Shown here: piece after piece, positions 10,098 to 17,552 of the stretch
Numbering within the stretch: the stretch's first letter is position 1
Layout of the letters: the number at the start of each line of letters is the position of its first letter
Assembly (NCBI GenBank): GCA_964583285.1
Contig: CAZOVD010000003.1
Coordinates: 1-62,379 of the forward strand
Direction of reading: 5' to 3'
DNA: 62,379 nucleotides
DNA from: an uncultured archaeon
GTDB taxonomy: Archaea > Iainarchaeota > Iainarchaeia > Iainarchaeales > JAAZKV01
Position numbers and translations under genes: made by a program
The notes under the pieces: generated by a model
The model's input: only the letters and a program-made list of their open reading frames with translations
Told to the model about the DNA's origin: nothing
Database searches by the model: none

Positions 10098-10678
10098 AAA
10101 ATAAAACCTTTTCTCTTTGCCACTATATCATACTTTTGCCGCGCAAGAGTTCTTATTTGTTTGCTAGGGTGAAAAAGATAAAATTCTTTAAAATATGAAG
10201 AATACCTTTTTGCTGATTTTAAACTATCTTGATTTAACAAACTTTCTGGGTTTTTAGCAAAGTTTGACCTAACAAGCATAATTGAAACTATCATAGATTC
10301 AACATACTTTTCAAAATTTTCACTTTTAATTAATTTTTCAGCACGCAAATACTCCTGCTCTTTTAATAATCTTGCATTTTTTTTAGCATTAAAAATTTCT
10401 CTTTTTTTAACACGTTCTTTATTTCTTCTAATAGATTTTCCAATCGAGTTTTTTTGACTATTCTCTTTTTTTCTAATTTCTTCATCAAGTTGTTTAAATT
10501 TATTAGCCATATCTTCAATGGATATGTTTTCAGTTAATCCTAAACTAGATTTTAATTTAGCAAGTTTAATCCAAAGCAATACTTTAACAACTTCAGGATC
10601 AATTATTGGTAATTTTCTACCACCCCAAACTGTTTTGGTTTTAGCAACATTTTTTTTAGGATTTTTTTTGCTAGACAT
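10094..10678 (-). CDS. hypothetical basic protein, translationally coupled to the Nog1 GTPase gene
   Basis: 194-aa ATG ORF whose stop overlaps the Nog1 start (ATGA). Lys/Arg-rich; no motif recognised. Confidence 0.5.
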   Translation of the reverse strand: MSSKKNPKKNVAKTKTVWGGRKLPIIDPEVVKVLLWIKLAKLKSSLGLTENISIEDMANKFKQLDEEIRKKENSQKNSIGKSIRRNKERVKKREIFNAKKNARLLKEQEYLRAEKLIKSENFEKYVESMIVSIMLVRSNFAKNPESLLNQDSLKSAKRYSSYFKEFYLFHPSKQIRTLARQKYDIVAKRKGFIL

Positions 10679-10739
10679 AACATATTTAAGGCTTAAGCAG
10701 TTTTTAATTTATATCTAAAGACTAAATTATGTGATATTG

Positions 10740-11774
10740 ATGGATGATTTTTTTGGACAAAATTATAAAAAGTACATGATAATTCCAGCAATTTTACTAA
10801 TACCTATGTTATTTCTTATTTTTGTTTTTCCTGGAGTTAGTCTTGGAATTGATATAACTGGAGGAAATTTAATTATTTTAAGGGCTGAAAAGGAAATAAC
10901 TACTCAAAGTTTAACTGACGCTCTTAATGAATTTAATTTACCTGAATTAAAAATTTCAACAATTGCCTCGCCAACAGGTTATGGTGCTTGGATACAATAT
11001 AGTAAAGATCCAAAAATAATAAATGCTGAAGAGCTAATTTCACAAGCAGAAAGTGTTCTTGATAATGAAGAATTATCTATTTCTATTTCAAACCAAGCAT
11101 TAGTTGTTTTAGATAAAGAAGAACAAAATTTTGATAATTCAAGACTTGCTTTAATTGCAGCACAAGATGCATTAAGCGAGACAAAAGAAAATTTTTATAC
11201 CGGAATACAAAATAGTTTAAAAGAAAAACTTAATCTTGGAGAAGATGTTGAATTTCAGCAAAGAGAAATTTCGCCAACTCTTGGTGCAGCGTCATTTAAT
11301 GGAATAGTTCAAATTTCAATAATTGGTTTTATCTTACTAACAATTGTTGTTTTTATTGCATTTAGACAAGTTGTTCCTAGTGCAGCAATAATTCAAGCAA
11401 TGATTTTTGATGTGCTTGCAGGACTAGCTGGAATGGCTCTACTAAATATTCCACTTTCACTAACAACTCTACCTGCACTTTTATTACTTGTTGGATATTC
11501 TGTTGACACTGATATTATGCTTAGTTCAAGATTGCTTAAAGAAAAAACTGGCACTAGTGGTGAGCGAGCAACAATTTCAATGAAAACTGGTTTAACTATG
11601 ACTGGCACAACTCTTGCCGCATTAATACCAATGATATTAATTTCTTACTTTTATCAAATAGAAGTAATTTATTTTATATCAACAATTTTATTCTTTGGTT
11701 TAATTGGAGATGTTATTTCAACTTGGTTAATTAATGCACCAATACTTATTTGGTTTTTGGAGGGTAAAAAATGA
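10740..11774 (+). CDS. secF: protein-export membrane protein SecF
   Basis: N-terminal TM segment, an extracytoplasmic domain, then a 5-TM SecD/F core (VGYSVDTDIML). Start re-picked to ATG 10740, after GTGAT-ATTG. Confidence 0.8.
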   Translation: MDDFFGQNYKKYMIIPAILLIPMLFLIFVFPGVSLGIDITGGNLIILRAEKEITTQSLTDALNEFNLPELKISTIASPTGYGAWIQYSKDPKIINAEELISQAESVLDNEELSISISNQALVVLDKEEQNFDNSRLALIAAQDALSETKENFYTGIQNSLKEKLNLGEDVEFQQREISPTLGAASFNGIVQISIIGFILLTIVVFIAFRQVVPSAAIIQAMIFDVLAGLAGMALLNIPLSLTTLPALLLLVGYSVDTDIMLSSRLLKEKTGTSGERATISMKTGLTMTGTTLAALIPMILISYFYQIEVIYFISTILFFGLIGDVISTWLINAPILIWFLEGKK

Positions 11775-13417
11775 AACTTCTAAAAAACTGGCAAATGATT
11801 CTTTTAGTTTTTGCTTTAATTTTATCACTTGGTTTAATATTCATAAATGGAGGACACTCTGATGATGGATATTTAAACAATACAAATATTAAATTGGGAC
11901 TTGATTTTGAAGGGGGAACACTTCTTCAAGTAGAACTTCAAAATGAAGTTAGTGTAGAAGAAATTAATAGAATTTCAAATATTATCTCACAAAGAATTGA
12001 CCCTACTGGACTAAAAGATATTATTGTTAGTCCTATTGGAAACAAATTTATAGCAATACAATTATCGGAAACTAATTCAAGTGAAATAGAAAAAATAGAA
12101 TCAAGAATAAGGCAACAAGGACAATTTGAAGCAAATATAAATGGTAGCACTATTTTTACTGGGGACCAAATCTTAAGAATATTAAGAGGAGATACTAGTT
12201 TTGGAGTATTTCAACAAGGTAGTTTTTTTGAATGGAGGCTTCCTTTTGTTTTAAATGAAAGAGCAGTTGAAAGCTTTACAGAACAAACATTTCATCAATG
12301 TACTGCAATTTCTTTTACCACAACAGGCCAGCCAATTTATGATTGTGAAAGAACAATTTTCTTTTTAGATAAACCAAACGCAATAGTTATTGTAAGCGAG
12401 GATCAATATGACCTTGATAGAGACTACCTATTTTTAGGAGATAGAACCCTAAACATGCCACAGCAAACTGATATAGAGGAAGTAATAGAAGATTCTCAAA
12501 TTAATGTAATAGTTTTTGATGGAAATTTAAATATAGCATTATTAAATTCTATTAAAGAAAATGAAAAAATAAACCAAGTAATAATTTCTTCAGATATTGA
12601 TAGTGAAATAGTAACACAGCTAGAAAACTTAAATTTTTTAGTTGAAGTTCGTGAAATTACTCAAAAACCTTTTATTTGGGAAACTCTTCGTGCAAGACAA
12701 ATAATTGGATTAACAGAAGGTATAACAAATCAAAATGTTGCAACAATTGAACAAGCAACAAGATATAGTACTCTTTATATTAGTGGACAAAGAGAAAGTT
12801 TTGAAGAGGCTGTAAATGATCTTGAAGAATTAGCAATTTTACTTGAAAGTGGATCTCTTCCAACGCCAGTAAAAACTATTTCAAGAGAAACTATTTCTGC
12901 ATCACTTGGAGAATCATTCAAATCATTAGTAGTTATAATGGCAATAATTGCATTTATTGTAGTAGGAGTAGTTCTTGCAATAAGATACAAAAATTGGAAA
13001 ATTATAACACCAATATTTGTTATTGGAGTAAGTGAAATAATAATTAACTTTGGATTTATTGCATTAACACAAAGACCGCTTGACCTTGCAGCGTTTGCTG
13101 GTTTAATTGCAGCAATTGGAACAGGGATTGATTCTGAAATTGTTATAACTGATGAAATAATGGCTAAGTCAAAAAGAGTTAAAGAATCTTTAATTAGAAG
13201 AGTTAAATCAGCACTTTTTATTATAATGACATCTGCATTTACTATGATTGCAGTAATGATACCAATATTATTATTTGCAAGAACTTTCCCTGGAATTGAT
13301 AAATTATATGGGTTTGCAACAGTTGCTATAGTTGGAGCATTAATTGGTGTTTTTATAACAAGGCCAGCATTTACTATAATAATGAAGAAAATTGTTGACA
13401 AAATGGAAAGAAATTAA
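11771..13417 (+). CDS. secD: protein-export membrane protein SecD
   Basis: 548 aa with a large periplasmic-type domain and a C-terminal SecD/F TM core (GTGIDSEIVITDE). Its ATGA start overlaps the secF stop. Confidence 0.8.
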   Translation: MKLLKNWQMILLVFALILSLGLIFINGGHSDDGYLNNTNIKLGLDFEGGTLLQVELQNEVSVEEINRISNIISQRIDPTGLKDIIVSPIGNKFIAIQLSETNSSEIEKIESRIRQQGQFEANINGSTIFTGDQILRILRGDTSFGVFQQGSFFEWRLPFVLNERAVESFTEQTFHQCTAISFTTTGQPIYDCERTIFFLDKPNAIVIVSEDQYDLDRDYLFLGDRTLNMPQQTDIEEVIEDSQINVIVFDGNLNIALLNSIKENEKINQVIISSDIDSEIVTQLENLNFLVEVREITQKPFIWETLRARQIIGLTEGITNQNVATIEQATRYSTLYISGQRESFEEAVNDLEELAILLESGSLPTPVKTISRETISASLGESFKSLVVIMAIIAFIVVGVVLAIRYKNWKIITPIFVIGVSEIIINFGFIALTQRPLDLAAFAGLIAAIGTGIDSEIVITDEIMAKSKRVKESLIRRVKSALFIIMTSAFTMIAVMIPILLFARTFPGIDKLYGFATVAIVGALIGVFITRPAFTIIMKKIVDKMERN

Positions 13418-13836
13418 TTAACTAACTTATTTAGATTTTTATAACCAAGAACTTTTTTATTAATATAATACCAAAAAATCAGTATTAAAAAACTCATTAT
13501 AAACCAAGTTATAGTATGAACTAATTCAGCATCAAAACCAATTAAAGCCATTTTAATTACAAAAATTATTCTAAAAAAGTTAAAAACCAATAAAATTAAA
13601 GCCCCAAGTACAAAAATTATTGTTTTATTATAAATTGTTGGTTTGTTAAAAGAAAATATAACACTAAATAAAATTGCTACACTAACAAAGCCCGTACAAA
13701 AATTTGTGACTATAAAGTTAATCCCATTTACAAAAATAATGTTATTTGAATAACTAAGCCCAAAAAATTTTGCAGAATACTCTGCTAAAAAATTATTTAT
13801 TATAATTAAGTCTAAAAATTCTATTATAAAAGACAA
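13414..13836 (-). CDS. short exosortase/archaeosortase-family protein (140 aa)
   Basis: Polytopic membrane protein. The family's Cys / Asn-x-x-Arg / His signature appears in the expected order: VTNFCTGFVS, FNFFRIIF, VHTITW. Confidence 0.55.
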   Translation of the reverse strand: MSFIIEFLDLIIINNFLAEYSAKFFGLSYSNNIIFVNGINFIVTNFCTGFVSVAILFSVIFSFNKPTIYNKTIIFVLGALILLVFNFFRIIFVIKMALIGFDAELVHTITWFIMSFLILIFWYYINKKVLGYKNLNKLVN

Positions 13837-13909
13837 TATTAAAAAAAATATTGAAAATTTTAATAAAAATAAAATTATGTTTTTGTTTTCTTTTGAAATA
13901 TTTATTTTA

Positions 13910-14422
13910 TCACCATGGAACTTTTTTTAGTTTTAATTTAAATGCAAATAAGTTGGAATATTTATGAACAAAAAAAGTAATAAATAGCAATATTATTATA
14001 ATTTCTATCTCAGGAATTCTCACAATTAAGCTAAATAATAATCCACCAATAATGAAATCTACTTGGTCAAATATGAGCCATTTTTCCCCTCTTTTAAGCC
14101 CAATTCTTCTTTTAAAAAAACTTTCAACTATATCACCAAACATAGCACCAAAAGATAACAAAAATGCAAGTGCAAAATAATTAGGGATTAAAGTATTTAT
14201 TTGAAAAAAAAATGAAAACAAAGTTCCTGCAAATGTTCCTGCTATTATACCAACCATTGTTCCAAGTATTGACTTACCATCACCAAGAATTCTTTTTTGA
14301 TTAAATTTTAAATTAAAATCAAGTGGAATTTTTCCATGAAGAAAGACTGGTGAAGAGTTTGATATATATAATGGAATAACATATGCAAAAAAAATCAAAA
14401 AAAAAGTATAATCTAAATACAT
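13910..14422 (-). CDS. carS: CDP-archaeol synthase
   Basis: DUF46/CarS pattern: NSSPVF..., ILGDGKSILGT, FGDIVESFFKRRIGLKRG, IFDQVDF. The ATG is preceded by GTGAT-ATT. Confidence 0.8.
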   Translation of the reverse strand: MYLDYTFFLIFFAYVIPLYISNSSPVFLHGKIPLDFNLKFNQKRILGDGKSILGTMVGIIAGTFAGTLFSFFFQINTLIPNYFALAFLLSFGAMFGDIVESFFKRRIGLKRGEKWLIFDQVDFIIGGLLFSLIVRIPEIEIIIILLFITFFVHKYSNLFAFKLKLKKVPW

Positions 14423-14434
14423 AATATCACTAAT

Positions 14435-15124
14435 TTAAAGAAGGCTCATCAAAAAAGCAAACAATGCTCCAGATAAACCGCCTAATAAATTAACGTGTGT
14501 GTTATTTAAAATCTTTTTTCTTTGAAATATTGCCCCCATTAAAGAGTCAAAATTAGAACCAATTAAACCTGAAACAATTATAACAATCATATAAAAGTAA
14601 TTTCCAAAAAAGAAAAAATGAAACAAACCAATTATAATTCCACCAATAAGTGCTGCAATTTCTCCAAGTAAAGTAACTCCCCCATCAACACCTCTTTCAA
14701 CTTCTCTTAAATTTGTTATCAAACGAGGTTTTGACCTTGAATAATAACCAATTTCACTAGATAAAGTATCGGCCAAAGCCGCGGAAATTGCTCCAAAAAA
14801 TGCTAATTCAAAAAATAAATCATATTCAGGATATATTATTATTAACGCTAAACATAAAAGAGCGGGAAGTGAGTTTCCAATAACATTCCAAATACCTCTT
14901 TTTTCGTGTTTTTTAATTGGATAATTACTTGCAATTTCCCCAAATATAAATAGTAAAACAACTGCAAGGAAATTAATTAAAGGATTTGGGCCATAAGTAA
15001 TAGCAGCAAGCCCAACCGCATTTGCTACTAAAATTCCTTCAAAATCTAGTAAACGTAATTTGTAAGAAAGTATTGAGAAAATTATTAAAAAGATTAAAAC
15101 AAAAATTAGTTCATCTAATAACAT
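14435..15124 (-). CDS. DUF92 (TMEM19/VTE6-like) integral membrane protein
   Basis: Polytopic membrane protein with the DUF92 signature ALADTLSSEIG. Its ATG directly abuts the S3Ae stop. Confidence 0.7.
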   Translation of the reverse strand: MLLDELIFVLIFLIIFSILSYKLRLLDFEGILVANAVGLAAITYGPNPLINFLAVVLLFIFGEIASNYPIKKHEKRGIWNVIGNSLPALLCLALIIIYPEYDLFFELAFFGAISAALADTLSSEIGYYSRSKPRLITNLREVERGVDGGVTLLGEIAALIGGIIIGLFHFFFFGNYFYMIVIIVSGLIGSNFDSLMGAIFQRKKILNNTHVNLLGGLSGALFAFLMSLL

Positions 15125-15700
15125 TTACTTTGCCTCAGTATAAGTTGCTTTTGAAACAATTGTTTTCTTTATTACACACACCTTTGATGCTTTTTTATTC
15201 AAATCATTTGCGAACTTACCCATTAGCAATTCTTTAACTATTTCTTCAAAGTCTTTTCCTTTCAAAGTATTAACTTCATCATCAATTATTTTTCTTATAC
15301 CTGTTTTTTGTGCTTGTGTTGCTTTTTTGTAAGTTACAACAACTGTTGTAATATTTGCTTCACCATTTAAAACTGGAATTTTTTTAACAAGTGATACTTT
15401 ACTATTATTTCTTCTAATCATTCTTCCAAGAGTTCCTTTACTTATTTCAAATTTAGAAACTTTTGTATTCAAATTTGTTCCTTGAACATCAGAATATTTA
15501 AAATAAATTGTAGTATCTCTTCTTGTTCTTTGACCAGTAATATTTCCCATATTAGCTTGAAGGGTTCTTCCAATTAATTGAATTGGCTTTTCAGCAGGAG
15601 TTTCACCAAGTGGTTTTCTATCAAATATTTTTGATGATACTATAGTAAACCATTGTTTCTTTTTCCACTTATCAACTGTTTTTCTTCTTCCTTCTGCCAT
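15125..15700 (-). CDS. rps3ae: 30S ribosomal protein S3Ae (eS1)
   Basis: RKTVDKWKKKQWFTIVSSKIF matches the conserved S3Ae N-terminus. Start re-picked to ATG 15700, after GTGAT-TTTT. Confidence 0.9.
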   Translation of the reverse strand: MAEGRRKTVDKWKKKQWFTIVSSKIFDRKPLGETPAEKPIQLIGRTLQANMGNITGQRTRRDTTIYFKYSDVQGTNLNTKVSKFEISKGTLGRMIRRNNSKVSLVKKIPVLNGEANITTVVVTYKKATQAQKTGIRKIIDDEVNTLKGKDFEEIVKELLMGKFANDLNKKASKVCVIKKTIVSKATYTEAK

Positions 15701-15804
15701 AAAAATCACGCCAACATTTTATCTACTTTTTCTATTGAATCAAATCCTACTCCAACAAATAATAACTTTCTTCTATTAAACAACTTTATTTTAACATCCA
15801 TCAA

Positions 15805-16206
15805 TTATTTCACCAATAGTGCTGCACTTTCTTTAGTGTATCTCCAATCACTTGGTAATCTTTTCTTTTTAATATAATATTTTGATAATTTTCTTATTTT
15901 TGAAACTGTTAATTCATAACCTCTCTTTGCTGAAAAATCTTTTTTATTTTTATCTAGGTGTGAGTTAAGCATAACACTTTTTTTAATTAAATTTAATAAA
16001 TCTTCAGGAATATCACCAAGTAATTTATTTTCTTTTAGAACTGTTCTAATAGTTTTTCCAGTTAATTCTTTGAAATTAACTACATTATGTTCATCTCTTA
16101 AAATAAGACCAACTTTGCTTGGCGAATAACCAGCATTAGTTAAAGAAATTACAATTTCTTCAACATTATCTTTAGAAATTTCTTTTGGTTTTTCTTTTTT
16201 TGCCAT
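15805..16206 (-). CDS. rps15: 30S ribosomal protein S15 (uS15/S13e type)
   Basis: GLILRDEHNV...IPEDLLNLIKKSVMLNSHL...KDFSAKRGYELTVSKIRKLSKYY. The SD is GTGAT-ATAAA-ATG. Confidence 0.9.
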   Translation of the reverse strand: MAKKEKPKEISKDNVEEIVISLTNAGYSPSKVGLILRDEHNVVNFKELTGKTIRTVLKENKLLGDIPEDLLNLIKKSVMLNSHLDKNKKDFSAKRGYELTVSKIRKLSKYYIKKKRLPSDWRYTKESAALLVK

Positions 16207-16350
16207 TTTATATCACTTTAACCTTTCTTGCCCATTTACGGTGCAGAAAAGAACATTAAAAATACAAAATAATTTGGCTTAATAAGGTTTATAAAGATTG
16301 CTTAAACACTTTCAAAAAATAAGAACTACTAGTTTTCTAAAAACATTATA

Positions 16351-16953
16351 CTAATGATATCTTGCCCTTTTTTCAATTTCCGCCATTCTTATAAGCATTT
16401 CTTTACTTGGCAAATAGCCTTTCATTACCAAGTCAAAACTATCTTTTATTTTTGAGTGAGTTGCATTAAATGTTTTTTTAAAAACTATTAAATCGGTTGC
16501 CTTATCTTCTACTTTTTTTGAATAGTAACCTAAACCAAAATCAATAAAATAAATTTTTTTATTAAAATATATTAAATTTGATGTTGTTAAATCACCATGG
16601 ATTATATTTCTATCATGGATTTTTTTTATTTCACTGCCTGCAAGTTCACAAAGATTTTTTTTATTTTCAATTATATCTTTTAATAAAACACCATTAATAA
16701 ATTCCATAGTTATAGAAGCTTCTTTTTCATTGACACTAATTATTTTTGGAACATTTACTGTGTTAAATAAATCATTTAATATTTTTGCTTCGCTTCGTGT
16801 TCTTTTTTTTCGAATATTTTCATCAAGGGTTATTTCTCTATAATTTTTTGGGATTCTTTTCTTAATGATTGTAGAAATTTTATCAAACTTAGCTTCTAAA
16901 ATCTCTGCTTCAGCACCTTTTTTATAAAATTCTGCGTTATTTTTCTTAACCAT
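16351..16953 (-). CDS. bud32: Kae1-associated kinase Bud32 (KEOPS subunit)
   Basis: Small RIO-like kinase: GAEAEI, HGDLTTSN, IDFGL. Start re-picked to ATG 16953, because the track start at 16989 is a TTG. Confidence 0.8.
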   Translation of the reverse strand: MVKKNNAEFYKKGAEAEILEAKFDKISTIIKKRIPKNYREITLDENIRKKRTRSEAKILNDLFNTVNVPKIISVNEKEASITMEFINGVLLKDIIENKKNLCELAGSEIKKIHDRNIIHGDLTTSNLIYFNKKIYFIDFGLGYYSKKVEDKATDLIVFKKTFNATHSKIKDSFDLVMKGYLPSKEMLIRMAEIEKRARYH

Positions 16954-17031
16954 AAAAAAACCTTTTAAAAATATCTTCAGATAATCCAAATAATATATTA
17001 TAATTTAATAAAAATTAACTAAAATATTTTT

Positions 17032-17523
17032 TTAACAAAAACTATTTAATTCAATTAAAGCATTTTCTGAATTTGTTTTTATTTCTTCTAAAACTTCTTT
17101 TTGATTTTCACGAAGATTACTATTTTCAATAAAAAGAAGTGAATTTATTTTATTTATTGCTAAATTAGAGTTACTAATTGCTAAATTTAAATTCTGTCTT
17201 ATAGTAAGTTTATCATTTTCAGAGCAATTGTTTATTGAAATTAATCTGATATTTTGATTTGCAAGAGAATAATAATAAAATGCCTTCGCTGAAGGTATTT
17301 CAGCATCAATAACTGCTGCTAAATTAAAACTACTCTTTGAGCGCATAATAGATAGTTCACTAATATAATCATTCATTATAATTGTATTAACTGAAAATGC
17401 TTGAGTAACTTCATACTTTTCTTTTAAAAAGTTGAAATCTTCAAAAGTTGATTGTTCTAGTGTTGGTGAAATGCAACCAAATATAAGTAAGCTAGCAAGT
17501 ATTATCACAAATAATTTATTCAT
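17032..17523 (-). CDS. hypothetical lipobox protein (163 aa)
   Basis: Signal peptide ending in LLIFGC. No other motif recognised. Confidence 0.5.
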   Translation of the reverse strand: MNKLFVIILASLLIFGCISPTLEQSTFEDFNFLKEKYEVTQAFSVNTIIMNDYISELSIMRSKSSFNLAAVIDAEIPSAKAFYYYSLANQNIRLISINNCSENDKLTIRQNLNLAISNSNLAINKINSLLFIENSNLRENQKEVLEEIKTNSENALIELNSFC

Positions 17524-17552
17524 TATATCTAGTAAGAATAGGCTTTTTTTAT

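Noticed and set aside
12775-13401. 208-aa ORF antisense to secD
   Set aside because: It is entirely nested in the well-supported secD frame. Its Ile/Asn/Ala-rich composition is typical of the mirror frame of a hydrophobic membrane gene, and it has no RBS.
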